Of a stretch of DNA of 55,907 nt, positions 1 through 9,305 are shown one piece after another. The notes under the pieces are model-generated. The model saw nothing but the letters and a program-made list of their open reading frames with translations. It had not been told where the DNA came from and did not search any database. The position numbers and the translations under genes were made by a program. The DNA lies in the IMG/VR virus record IMGVR_UViG_3300027976_000049, positions 1 to 55,907 of that record; one strand, written 5' to 3'. This DNA is from a virus. Lineage: Duplodnaviria; Caudoviricetes. How positions within the stretch are numbered: the first letter of the stretch is position 1; each line of letters begins with the position of its first letter.

Positions 1-215
1 CCGAATTTTCAAAATAGATTTCATTATTGTTTTTATTAAATTTACTTTTATGCCAATAACCATCCGAATTTTCAAAATAGATTTCATTATTATTTTCATC
101 AAATTCACTTTTATGCCAAGAACCATCTGAATCTTCATGATAGATTTCATATTGTTTTCATCAAATTCTCTTTTATACCAAAAACCATTTGCATTTTCAA
201 AATACATTTCATTAC
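1..215. repeat. Tandem ~63-bp coding repeats, about 3.5 copies
   Basis: ccgaattttcaaaatagatttcattatt... recurs at 1, 64, 127 and 189. Confidence 0.9.
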
Positions 216-279
216 CATTTTTATCTCTAATCTCGAAAGGAAATTCTTTTACATTTAATTGTTGTGCTATTGTTTTCAT
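1..279 (-). pseudogene. Partial 21-aa tandem-repeat protein (NEIYFENSDGYWHKSEFD-like units) with an apparent 1-bp frameshift near 150
   Basis: ATG at 279 overlaps the TGA of the upstream ORF and reads MKTIAQQLNVKEFPFEIRDKNGNEMYFENANGFWYKREFDENN. Units at 1-63 and 64-126 are 63 bp, the unit at 127-188 is 62 bp. Runs off the window. Confidence 0.7.
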
Positions 280-842
280 AATGTTACTTTTATATTGTTT
301 GAATCTTTTGATGTAAAGTGGATGGATGAATCAACTGTTATACTACTTCGTTTTTCATCATCTTTCCAAAATTCATGTCTAATTACTTGTATTAAATCAA
401 ATGCTTCTCTACAACTTTCATCTACTTTTGGATTATGAATACCCCAATTACCATTTCTCCCTGTTGAATAATCTTGTATTAATATGTTTCTTACTTCTGT
501 TAATCTGTTATCAACTTCATCTCGGATTGAATGGAATCTTGAATAATCAGTAGATAACTTAACATCTTTTAATTTTTTCCACGCAGTTTCCTTATCCCAC
601 ATACCATTCTTTATACTACCATTAATTAATGCTTTACCATTCTTAATTTCAAGTATTTCTCCTTGTGAGGTTCTATCACCAACCTCGATATCTTTAACAG
701 GAATACATTCATTACATAAATGCCTTTCAAATGTTGGGTGATCTTTTATTACACCGAATTGACCAGCACCAACTCTTGAGTATAAATCTAATGCTCTTTG
801 GATTAATCTAAGTTGTTTGTTATTTACTTCTAGTGTTGCCAT
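276..842 (-). CDS. Hypothetical phage protein
   Basis: 188-aa ORF, tightly packed with neighbours. An internal segment is duplicated at 9892-9977. Confidence 0.85.
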   Translation of the reverse strand: MATLEVNNKQLRLIQRALDLYSRVGAGQFGVIKDHPTFERHLCNECIPVKDIEVGDRTSQGEILEIKNGKALINGSIKNGMWDKETAWKKLKDVKLSTDYSRFHSIRDEVDNRLTEVRNILIQDYSTGRNGNWGIHNPKVDESCREAFDLIQVIRHEFWKDDEKRSSITVDSSIHFTSKDSNNIKVTL

Positions 843-843
843 A

Positions 844-1290
844 TTATTGTTTTAATGTTATGTTAATTGTGGATATTACTAGTGCATTATTTAAATCTAC
901 TTTTGGAACAAATCGCAACATTGGTTCTGTTAATAGTTCACATTCTATTGTAATTGTATTAATATCATCCATTTTACAGAGCCGTTCAATAAAAGATTTT
1001 GATAGAGTTGGAAATGGGTACCACCCACCTACTTCATCGCCATAACCTACTTCAGTATTAGTTGTTGCTATAATTTTATAACAGTGGTGTGGGTCGGTAT
1101 TAGTATGATATGTTTTATCTGTTGCTGATATATAATGATCTTCTGGTTCATTAGATTCTTTACATTGAAATATTTCACCTAATTCAATTGAGAAACACCA
1201 ATCATCAGCTATAATATCATCATCAGATGTAATGTAAACTTGTAATTTGTTATTCTGATTGTATTGTTTGTGTACTCTTAATGTTTTCAT
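844..1290 (-). CDS. Hypothetical phage protein (YITSDD...DW...CYKIIATT type)
   Basis: 148-aa ORF sharing its motif pattern with 10330..10632. Confidence 0.8.
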   Translation of the reverse strand: MKTLRVHKQYNQNNKLQVYITSDDDIIADDWCFSIELGEIFQCKESNEPEDHYISATDKTYHTNTDPHHCYKIIATTNTEVGYGDEVGGWYPFPTLSKSFIERLCKMDDINTITIECELLTEPMLRFVPKVDLNNALVISTINITLKQ

Positions 1291-1292
1291 TA

Positions 1293-1556
1293 TTATATTT
1301 CTATTGTTTTATCTCTTAACATATAACAAAATAATTCATCTCTATCCTCATCTGCTACATAGCTGATACTATAATTGTTTTCTTGTAGTGCTGGATGTAA
1401 CCAATCCCATTAATCATAAAATTCTAATTCGGTGAAACATTTACCACCATTCCTATCATAAGCTATCTGAGGTAGTAACATTTTATTATCATACCAACCA
1501 TCATCAGTTTTAGTGAATCCTAAAAACCCAGCTATTAATTCATCTCTATTTTCCAT
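1293..1556 (-). pseudogene. Small phage protein (WDWL motif) interrupted by an in-frame TAA at 1410-1412
   Basis: Reads MENRDELIAGFLGF...ELEFYD*WDWLHPAL...IEI* and fills the gap between neighbours exactly. Confidence 0.65.
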
Positions 1557-1565
1557 ATACTTTAT

Positions 1566-2141
1566 TTATTTTGATATAGAGTTGTCACGCGTCAACATTA
1601 TAATTGAACACCACGTGTGTTCCATATTAGGTATAAAAAAACCATCTGTTACGGTATACCAACTTAAATAAGTATCCCATAAGTAATCGTTTAATCCCTC
1701 TTTAAATGAATCCATATCAGTTGGATTAATTTTAGTAATCTTACATTTAATAGTCTCAGGTAGGTGTATGGATGCTAAGTGATTAGTGTGTTCCGACCAA
1801 TTTTTATGAGGGCCTTTATCAAAACCATCACCACCATTAAATATGTATGAGTTTGTTAATATATTATGTAGCCTGGTATTCTCTATGAGTTCGTCTGAAC
1901 TTACTGGGATAACATTGAGAGTCTTAATCGTATCCACTTCTAATGTTGGTAGATATCTAAACTCTATAATTTCCCCTGCTAATTGACCTAAGTAATAACT
2001 TTCGCTGCATATCGATTTGATTGGCGCATCTAAATCTAATGGAATTTTAGATTCAGTGGTTCGCTTAGCCATTAAACACTTTAGCCATTTTCCAGTAAAC
2101 CAATTACCTTTGTGTTTTTTTGTAATATTTATATTGCTCAT
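1566..2141 (-). CDS. Hypothetical protein
   Basis: 191-aa ORF in a co-directional array. Confidence 0.75.
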   Translation of the reverse strand: MSNINITKKHKGNWFTGKWLKCLMAKRTTESKIPLDLDAPIKSICSESYYLGQLAGEIIEFRYLPTLEVDTIKTLNVIPVSSDELIENTRLHNILTNSYIFNGGDGFDKGPHKNWSEHTNHLASIHLPETIKCKITKINPTDMDSFKEGLNDYLWDTYLSWYTVTDGFFIPNMEHTWCSIIMLTRDNSISK

Positions 2142-2432
2142 TTATCGTGTTTTAATATGTTATACTTAATATACTAAAATTATAGCAAATATTTAATAAT
2201 TATGATTCTACCGTCTATATTGTAGTTATTATTCTATTAAAATCATCATCCTTAATTATTTCTTTAATGCTTGGCAGTTGTTCCATGTTAATTAGTTTTT
2301 ATTTATATTATAAATATAATACTATTTCTTGAGTATTGAACTATAAAATCTTGTTTTGTTTAGATTGTTTATAACTTTTTTCTGTACAGTATATATTCAT
2401 TCTTTTCTTTTTTGATATTAATGTTATCATGA

Positions 2433-2843
2433 TTATATTGAGGTTAGTAATCTTTCTGTTATGTCTTCTATCATGGTTCGTCTCCATGCCCAACTTACTG
2501 GGTGTGGTAGCATTGCGAATGCTTCGAACTTCAAATCAAGTACGGCTTTCTCTGCTTGCTTACCAAAAGTAATAACAGCAAACCATTCTTTTTCATCTAA
2601 TGCACGTTGCACCCAATCTAAATCTGTATCAAATTTATCAGTCTTATTCTTTGCCAGCTTTGGAGTACATTCAGACATCGAAATCTGAAAATGTGGTTCC
2701 AAGTGAGGTATTACTCTACTGTAAGTTGCGTTCTTACGGTTTATCCAGTCAGTACCATATGTCGGAGATTTGAAACGAATGCTTCTACTTCTTGTGTTTG
2801 TGTATGCGTTCTGAAAGATTAATAAGACATGTTGTTTGATCAT
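2433..2843 (-). CDS. Uracil-DNA glycosylase-superfamily-like protein
   Basis: QNAY near the N-terminus, VITFGKQAE and LPHPVS motifs resemble the UDG-like fold. Confidence 0.55.
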   Translation of the reverse strand: MIKQHVLLIFQNAYTNTRSRSIRFKSPTYGTDWINRKNATYSRVIPHLEPHFQISMSECTPKLAKNKTDKFDTDLDWVQRALDEKEWFAVITFGKQAEKAVLDLKFEAFAMLPHPVSWAWRRTMIEDITERLLTSI

Positions 2844-2897
2844 TTGAGTCTATATATTGTTGGTTGTTAAGTAAATGAACATTGTATAGTTGTATTT

Positions 2898-3896
2898 TCA
2901 TATATATTTGTTTAAGTTGTTATTTTTAATGTATATAAAACTGCCTGCTCCTGACTTTGCAGAATTTATATTATCTCGACTTTTTAAATAGTCTTTTGAT
3001 AGTACCCCATTATATGAATTTAAAGTTTGACTATATGACTTTAAGTCTAAGTCATAAAACATCACGTATTCAAGTCTATATTTATTAATGTAGTTTTCTA
3101 ATTCAGTTTTTAATTGATTAGCAGTTCCATAAATATAAGTTAAGTGTTTATTGTTTGGTGTAGATATTAGAATTTTCCCTCCACTAAATCTACCTAATTC
3201 GTCTCCGTTTCCTGAGCTTCCCATACCTATAGGATATGAATGTTCAGTCTTGTCTAAATTAATTAGTTTAATCGCAATCTCTCTTCCAGTTACACCTGAC
3301 CAACCTAATACTGAATTTGTGCCATCTATATTAATGCCAGTGATTTTTTTAGGATTCCATAGTTGACTAACTTTATAATTAGTATTTATAAATTCTTTTA
3401 ATCTACCTACTTTAACATTTCCGTTATCGTTTATAGCTAACATATAACTGTCTAGGGTAGGCATTGGTAGTTTACCACATCTTTTAATTTTACTTAATAC
3501 TGGCTCTCCAAATGGAGAAAATGATGATATTATAGCGGAGCCGTAAATATCATCATTGTCATATCTATTTCGATGTCCTAGATTATTATACTTATCTAAT
3601 TCTATTAACATTGGTAAATAATACATAGTAGAATTTTCAGGATTCTTAATAGTATCAGATAGAATAGTTATATTACTATAAGTTATTGGGTATTTACTAT
3701 TTACTATAATACTAGTTTCCCTAATTAAACCAACTCTATTTTTTACAAAATTAATTAGCTGAATAAAAAAATTAATAGTACCTTCTTTTTTAATAGTTTC
3801 TAATCCTTCTTCTATTAAAGTTATTTCTTTATGTTCGATACAAGAATTAAGTATGCATGGATTTAATAAAATTAGTAATAATACTATAGTTTTCAT
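2898..3896 (-). CDS. Putative lipoprotein or exported protein
   Basis: 332 aa with signal and lipobox-like MKTIVLLLILLNPCILNSC. Overlaps the endolysin stop (ATGA). Confidence 0.7.
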   Translation of the reverse strand: MKTIVLLLILLNPCILNSCIEHKEITLIEEGLETIKKEGTINFFIQLINFVKNRVGLIRETSIIVNSKYPITYSNITILSDTIKNPENSTMYYLPMLIELDKYNNLGHRNRYDNDDIYGSAIISSFSPFGEPVLSKIKRCGKLPMPTLDSYMLAINDNGNVKVGRLKEFINTNYKVSQLWNPKKITGINIDGTNSVLGWSGVTGREIAIKLINLDKTEHSYPIGMGSSGNGDELGRFSGGKILISTPNNKHLTYIYGTANQLKTELENYINKYRLEYVMFYDLDLKSYSQTLNSYNGVLSKDYLKSRDNINSAKSGAGSFIYIKNNNLNKYI

Positions 3897-4714
3897 TTAA
3901 GTAAGTTATAAAATTTATTGAAATGTTTAATACGATCATCAAGACCATTGGTTCCACCATTAACTCTTTTAGTTACTGCGGTTATTGTTGCAACATCGGA
4001 TCCTTTATCACAAATGGACCAAAGTGAGTTGCGATTAAAAAAGAAGGCCGCTGATGATAAAGGGTATTTGGTTGATACTAAATCAGGATTAGACATAATA
4101 TCATCGTTTACTGTTTTATTAAATTCTGCATAATTATCTTTTCCAGTTAATTGAATATACCCTCTACCTCTATGCTTCCACCCATCACCGCTATCTTCGT
4201 TACCGTTACCCATTCTTGATGAATATACTAGATTAGCTATTTTTTCAGGGTTACGCTCATATAACAAAGCCTTTGCATTAGTAGGAAAATATTTTTTAAA
4301 TATTGAACTCAACCCAGAAGCCCCATAATTCAAATTCTCAGTAACAGCCTTGAAATTACCCGATTCATGTCCACATTGAGATAAGAAATGAGCTAATCTT
4401 AATACTGTAGTGATATTATATGTTGTGGCTGTTTCAGGGATTTGCGATATTACAGAATAAGGAATATATCCTTTTAAATTTTCCAATTTAAAATTTGATT
4501 TAGGCATGTTTACTAATGGTAGTATTGTTGTAGATAACACCATTTTAGACCATGTAGAATCACCCACAATACCATCGGCAATAAGACTATTATTTGATTG
4601 CCATGCTTTAACTGCTGCTTCTGTTCCTTTACCAAAGCTGCCATCTGCACTCACACCCAAGAACTCTTGTAATTGTTTAACTTCCTTACCCTTTGAATTA
4701 ATTTTCAAAATCAT
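3893..4714 (-). CDS. Endolysin: peptidoglycan-binding domain plus GH19 domain
   Basis: ADGSFGKGT..AVKAWQ...LIADGIVG (PG-binding). AHFLSQCGHESG, ENLNY, GDGWKHRGRGYIQLTGKDNY and VTKRVNGG (GH19). Confidence 0.93.
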   Translation of the reverse strand: MILKINSKGKEVKQLQEFLGVSADGSFGKGTEAAVKAWQSNNSLIADGIVGDSTWSKMVLSTTILPLVNMPKSNFKLENLKGYIPYSVISQIPETATTYNITTVLRLAHFLSQCGHESGNFKAVTENLNYGASGLSSIFKKYFPTNAKALLYERNPEKIANLVYSSRMGNGNEDSGDGWKHRGRGYIQLTGKDNYAEFNKTVNDDIMSNPDLVSTKYPLSSAAFFFNRNSLWSICDKGSDVATITAVTKRVNGGTNGLDDRIKHFNKFYNLLK

Positions 4715-4926
4715 AATGCACTATTTATTTTTATATCTGTGATCACTTCGGAATTAATTTGATTAATTAATTCTTTAAAAAATAATATTTCTTCTCTACT
4801 AAAAGCCATACCTATAGAAAAATAAGGTCTATTACGTTTCCATATAATAAACATACTTGATGTTTTATACATTAACTTTTTTATTATTAATATTACTAAT
4901 AGTGTTATCATGAGTATTAATATCAT
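4711..4926 (-). CDS. Small membrane protein
   Basis: Hydrophobic N-terminus, translationally coupled on both sides. Confidence 0.55.
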   Translation of the reverse strand: MILILMITLLVILIIKKLMYKTSSMFIIWKRNRPYFSIGMAFSREEILFFKELINQINSEVITDIKINSAL

Positions 4927-5132
4927 TAAATATCGTCGAAGAATACAGAGTTAAATCTCTCATTGTCAAATTCAATTAGTATTACGTCAGTATACCACCC
5001 ACGCACAATTGTTTTTTTAACAGTATATACAGTGCCTACTGTTAAGTGTAAATTTGCATGTTCTTTGTGCACATCGTAACCTCCGTTTCCAGTGTACATT
5101 ACTCGAGTTCCGTGCTTTGCTATAATATTCAT
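4926..5132 (-). CDS. Small SH3-like hypothetical phage protein
   Basis: LTVGTVYTV...FNSVFF pattern, 68 aa. Confidence 0.7.
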   Translation of the reverse strand: MNIIAKHGTRVMYTGNGGYDVHKEHANLHLTVGTVYTVKKTIVRGWYTDVILIEFDNERFNSVFFDDI

Positions 5133-5204
5133 TTTTTTATTTTTTATTATTTATCTGTTTTATATAGACTAATATGTGGTGCCAAGATTTTGTCTTGTTT
5201 TATT

Positions 5205-5774
5205 TTATTTAAACAATTCGTTTTCCTCATTTTTTAATTCAATAAATTCACTTATGTTCCATTCATTTAAATAAGTAGCAAGATCTGACATTACAGAAAA
5301 ACTTAATATTAATACTTTTGGGCTGGACTTTATGTATTGGTTTTTAGAATCCTGCATTGCTGAAATATACAAAAAATAATTTGGGCTACCGTTAATAATA
5401 GAAATCATACTAGTTATTTTTGCATTAGAAAACCTCCAACCGCCATAATCAAAAAAACTTGGAAATGAAATAGTTTCAATTGCTTTTGACATAGTAGTTA
5501 CATTATTTTTTTTTGCTAAATCTGACCATTCTACATATTTAGAATATGAATCACCAATAAATTTTAGAAATTCTATTCTATCAGATTTGTTTAATATAAT
5601 ACAAATATCGTCTATGTGTAAATACATAGCACTTTGCCCAACACCTGCTTTAACTGTTATTTCTATTTTGCCATATTCATATGTTTTGTAAAGTTCTTGT
5701 GCATTTGATAAGTTAAATGCTAATGCTATTAATAATGTTATTAATGTTTTTTTCATATTTTTTATTTTTTCCAT
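5205..5774 (-). CDS. Exported protein with signal peptide
   Basis: MKKTLITLLIALAFNLSNA|Q signal peptide. The true start is probably the second Met. Confidence 0.8.
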   Translation of the reverse strand: MEKIKNMKKTLITLLIALAFNLSNAQELYKTYEYGKIEITVKAGVGQSAMYLHIDDICIILNKSDRIEFLKFIGDSYSKYVEWSDLAKKNNVTTMSKAIETISFPSFFDYGGWRFSNAKITSMISIINGSPNYFLYISAMQDSKNQYIKSSPKVLILSFSVMSDLATYLNEWNISEFIELKNEENELFK

Positions 5775-5804
5775 TTTATTAAATTTATTAATTATTAAAA
5801 ATTA

Positions 5805-6335
5805 CTATTTAACTATTTTTTTAAGTTTAGCAACATAATTTGAATCTTCAGCATAATTAGCAGATAAATATTGAAAATACTCACTTTCAGTTTTTACCTT
5901 TCTTAAATATGTTGCTTGATAAAATGCATAATCAAGTACCGATTGCCTCCAGTTACTATAAAAAGCATGACCGGATTCTTCGCCAAGTGCAGTAGTTGGT
6001 CTACGACTGGAAATTTTCATACCAAATAAATTATTGTTTTCAATAAATATTTTTGACTTATAATTAAAACTTTCTAATTTACTTTGGGCTAATACAATAT
6101 TAGGAAACTTTATATTTAATTCTATAAGATATTCTTTTAATTTTGTTTCAGAAAACTCATTCTGTTCTTTGATTAAAATAATCCTTGCTTCTTCTGTAAT
6201 AAAAGTTTCTTTAGTTGGTATAGCGCATGTTAAAATGCCTATTGTAAATATCATAATAGATATTATAATTAAGAATATTTTAAAATTTCCCATTTTTTCA
6301 AATTTAAGTATATTATTATTGTACGTATATATCAT
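5805..6335 (-). CDS. Membrane-anchored GH73 glucosaminidase/muramidase
   Basis: N-terminal TM, then VLAQSKLES, NNLFGMK and YAEDSNY motifs. Confidence 0.85.
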   Translation of the reverse strand: MIYTYNNNILKFEKMGNFKIFLIIISIMIFTIGILTCAIPTKETFITEEARIILIKEQNEFSETKLKEYLIELNIKFPNIVLAQSKLESFNYKSKIFIENNNLFGMKISSRRPTTALGEESGHAFYSNWRQSVLDYAFYQATYLRKVKTESEYFQYLSANYAEDSNYVAKLKKIVK

Positions 6336-6384
6336 ATTTTTGGTTTTAAGTTATTATACCCATTTGGATATAATTAAAGATTTA

Positions 6385-6561
6385 TTATTTAATTTTAACT
6401 ATGTCGTAACCTTTGTCTTTTATTTTACGTAAAAAATTATGCGGATGATATCCTTCGGTGTTGCGTTTTGCTTCCATCACTAAAGCTAGTAATTGATAGT
6501 TTATTCTAGGTTTTGAGATATAATCTGAAAAAAGCAAGTTGCCTGTTGGTTTCAATTTCAT
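6385..6561 (-). CDS. Small protein (58 aa), paralog of 8937..9080; not in ORF track
   Basis: MKLKPTGNLLFSDYISKPRINYQLLALVMEAKRNTEG... matches DYISRPRIHYSHLAKVMEARR. Confidence 0.75.
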   Translation of the reverse strand: MKLKPTGNLLFSDYISKPRINYQLLALVMEAKRNTEGYHPHNFLRKIKDKGYDIVKIK

Positions 6562-6755
6562 AATATTTATTTTTTAATTGGTTCATTCATTGTTTACTTT
6601 ATTGGACGGCTTGTGCAATAGTAATCATTTTCTTTTAAAGATGACTATTAAAATAGATATAATCAACACAATTATTTTCATTTGAATTACTTATCATTCA
6701 CTAAGGTACATTTTTTATTCTTATGAATGAGATATTGCGCATTATATTATTTTTT

Positions 6756-7160
6756 TCAGATGGCAAAAGATTTTAAGTATTCAAAACCTTCTTCTATCGT
6801 TTCAAATACAATATCAGATACTTGCGTTACAAATGATAAGTAAGCATCTTTAATTGTTTCGTGATTTGTCTCTAATACAGTTATTACTGTTTTTCCTAAT
6901 CCTTTTGCATATCCAGCTTCACAACATAATCCTATACAGCTTGTATTTGTTCTTTCAACATAAACAAATAGTATATCACACTGACGTATAAAGTGTAAAT
7001 CCCATTTACCATATTCGTTTACATTCATTACAACTCTTTCCCCATTTTTAAACTCTTTTTCTTTTGGGTTTATCCATTGGAAATTATCTGAACATTTCTT
7101 TACTTCATTAGCCCAGTCTGATTTGAAACCACCAGCTAAATAAATTTTTTGTTTTGCCAT
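6756..7160 (-). CDS. Nucleoside 2-deoxyribosyltransferase / N-glycosidase-like protein
   Basis: KIYLAGG, WINPK, WDLHFIRQCD and GLCCEAGYAKGLGK motifs. Confidence 0.85.
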   Translation of the reverse strand: MAKQKIYLAGGFKSDWANEVKKCSDNFQWINPKEKEFKNGERVVMNVNEYGKWDLHFIRQCDILFVYVERTNTSCIGLCCEAGYAKGLGKTVITVLETNHETIKDAYLSFVTQVSDIVFETIEEGFEYLKSFAI

Positions 7161-7219
7161 CGCTTTTTTCTTTTTAATTCGTTTTCAATCCAAGTTTTGT
7201 GCTAAAAAGTCGGCACTTC

Positions 7220-7350
7220 TTATAACAAGTGCTGTACAAAAGAGGCGGTTTGGTGCATCTAATGAAGTTTTGTAATAAGTTGAAGATTTGTTTTTCATGT
7301 CAAGTTCAGTGGTTTAATTCGCCTCCTTCGTATAGCACCATCCGTTATGA
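7220..7350 (+). mobile_element. attC-like imperfect palindrome (integron cassette recombination site-like)
   Basis: TTATAAC (7220) ... GTTATGA (7350), with 19-bp imperfect inner arms at 7229-7247 and 7320-7338. Total 131 bp. Confidence 0.6.
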
Positions 7351-7392
7351 TGAAATTAAAAAAGCGTATATTGTTTTTTTCTTTCTTCATAT

Positions 7393-8352
7393 TTAAGAAA
7401 CCAAAATATCGTATAAAGGTTCATCGTATTCTGAAGGCATTACACCTTCATTAATGTAATACAAAATCGATTCTTCTTTTGATTTCGCTTCGACCATAAT
7501 CCAAGCACCAGTTCCATAATCATTGATTTCTTCGTAGATATAATCTGCGTGAGCTCTAGCAATTTTATCCGGCTGTTCGTGATTGATAGTTGATGAGAAA
7601 TGAAAGCAAGGAGGCGCATCTTTCCAGGTTGATGCTGCCATCAAAGCGGCTTCTTTATGAGTTAAACCAGAATGACAATATTTATGATGATGTACATCAA
7701 AGGTAATAGGAGTACCAATACGTTCATAAACTTCATATAAATCTTTAACGGAAAACATAGTAGGTTTATCATCGTTTTCTACAACTAAACGTTTTTTTGT
7801 ACTTTCGTCGAGTAATAGGAAATTTTCACAAAATCTATCGATAGCTGAAGGTTTATCGCCATACGTTGCTCCGATATGAATGTTAATTTTATTCCAATGA
7901 CTTGGTTCATAACCCATAATATCGAAAATTTCTGAATGTTGATTTAGGTCTTTTATGGCATTACGAACAACATATTTTTTATCACTAGCCAAAATGTTAT
8001 ATGGACCAGGATGAAATGTTAATCTTTGATAAGATCTATCGGCTATTTCTTTTACCGTTATTAAACAATTTACTATTTCATCATAATCTTTTAGATCCTT
8101 TAAATCGTAATGTGAACTCCACGGAAACATGCTTGAAGACATTCTATAAAAATGAATTCCTATATTTTCATTCCATTCTATTACTCTTATTAAATCTTTT
8201 ACATTTAATAAGGCCAATTCTGAAGCATAATCGATTCCTTTTTCGTTGAATGTTTTTTTAATCATTCCGCGATTAATTATAATATCCTTTGTTTCGGCTA
8301 GAGTATTATTAATACATGCATAGCCTAGTCTTTGATTTACTGATAGATCCAT
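7393..8352 (-). CDS. uvsE: UV damage endonuclease
   Basis: LGYACIN, FYRMSSSMFPW, LTFHPG, INIHIG, LVVENDD, FDVHHH, AHADY and MVEAKSKE motifs. Confidence 0.95.
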   Translation of the reverse strand: MDLSVNQRLGYACINNTLAETKDIIINRGMIKKTFNEKGIDYASELALLNVKDLIRVIEWNENIGIHFYRMSSSMFPWSSHYDLKDLKDYDEIVNCLITVKEIADRSYQRLTFHPGPYNILASDKKYVVRNAIKDLNQHSEIFDIMGYEPSHWNKINIHIGATYGDKPSAIDRFCENFLLLDESTKKRLVVENDDKPTMFSVKDLYEVYERIGTPITFDVHHHKYCHSGLTHKEAALMAASTWKDAPPCFHFSSTINHEQPDKIARAHADYIYEEINDYGTGAWIMVEAKSKEESILYYINEGVMPSEYDEPLYDILVS

Positions 8353-8389
8353 ATTTTTTATTTAGTACTAATATAATAATTTTTTGTGG

Positions 8390-8948
8390 AATAAAAAAAT
8401 TTACATTCCATCAAATGAAGATTCATTAATCAACTCAGGTCTAGGAAATCTTTCGAAAAAATCATCATCATGTTTATATTTTTCTTGTATTAATTGTTTT
8501 CTAAAATAATTAGACATTCGGATAGTATTTGAATATAATCTTGTCTAGACATTTCCTTTCTGTAATATTTTCCAGATTTAGGTGTCCTTAAAATTAAACG
8601 TTCAATATTAATTATATGATCTCTTTGTTTAGGAAACCAATCCGGAGATGCATTTTCACATTCCATTGTAGGATTCATTTTACGATTTAACATTTCCTGT
8701 CGCAATAAGTTAAATCGATTTTTAATATATCCTATTTTATTGTAAAAGAATATTATATGTCCAGATCCTAACCTATACTCCTTTGGAATATCTCTTGAAG
8801 CGGATTTTTCGGATAATCCTACAACCCTTAAAATTTCTCGATATTCGGCAACTAAATGCTTATCACATAAATATTTAGGAGGAATAGTATTGACTCTGGT
8901 CATTATATAGATTTAGCATTACTGAAATAAAAAAATTTACATTCCATC
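8390..8948. repeat. 23-bp direct repeats flanking denV
   Basis: aataaaaaaatttacattccatc is identical at 8390-8412 and 8926-8948. Confidence 0.85.
8490..8903 (-). CDS. denV: Pyrimidine dimer DNA glycosylase (T4 endonuclease V family)
   Basis: MTRVN, L.DKHLVAEYREILRV and YRLGSGHIIFFYNK match T4 DenV. Confidence 0.93.
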   Translation of the reverse strand: MTRVNTIPPKYLCDKHLVAEYREILRVVGLSEKSASRDIPKEYRLGSGHIIFFYNKIGYIKNRFNLLRQEMLNRKMNPTMECENASPDWFPKQRDHIINIERLILRTPKSGKYYRKEMSRQDYIQILSECLIILENN

Positions 8949-9080
8949 TTTTGGTAAATTTTGAAAAAATAAATTAGGGAATTCTCCTAAACTAATTCTC
9001 CTAGCTTCCATAACTTTAGCTAAATGAGAATAATGAATTCTAGGTCTAGAAATATAATCACCTGGATTTAATTCTTCCAT
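8937..9080 (-). CDS. Small protein (47 aa), paralog of 6385..6561
   Basis: C-terminal part of the 8937..9176 ORF, starting at MEELNPG. Confidence 0.6.
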   Translation of the reverse strand: MEELNPGDYISRPRIHYSHLAKVMEARRISLGEFPNLFFQNLPKDGM

Positions 9081-9129
9081 ATTGACTAATTCTTTTTTAA
9101 CTTCGTTTTTTGCTATTTTGAGCATAAAT

Positions 9130-9285
9130 TCAATCATATTTCTTATTTTTAGAACTATATGTAGTTTCGACATCATATCCTATTTCTGTTAATATCGTAT
9201 TAGTACTATCGTATCTAGTTACGGTAATCTGACTCATACATAATGTTGATATTAGGAGCATCACTGCTATATACAATAGTTTCAT
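9130..9285 (-). pseudogene. Truncated tandem paralog of 9306..9683
   Basis: MKLLYIAVMLLISTLCMSQITVTRYDSTN... versus MKGLCTALMLILSTLCMSQITMTTYDSNN. Stops after 51 aa. Confidence 0.7.
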
Positions 9286-9305
9286 TGTTTTTATTTATGC
9301 TTTGA

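Noticed and set aside
1-215. Repeats as a CRISPR array or DGR template/variable repeat
   Set aside because: Units are contiguous codon-phased repeats without unique spacers, and no Cas or reverse transcriptase gene is in the window.
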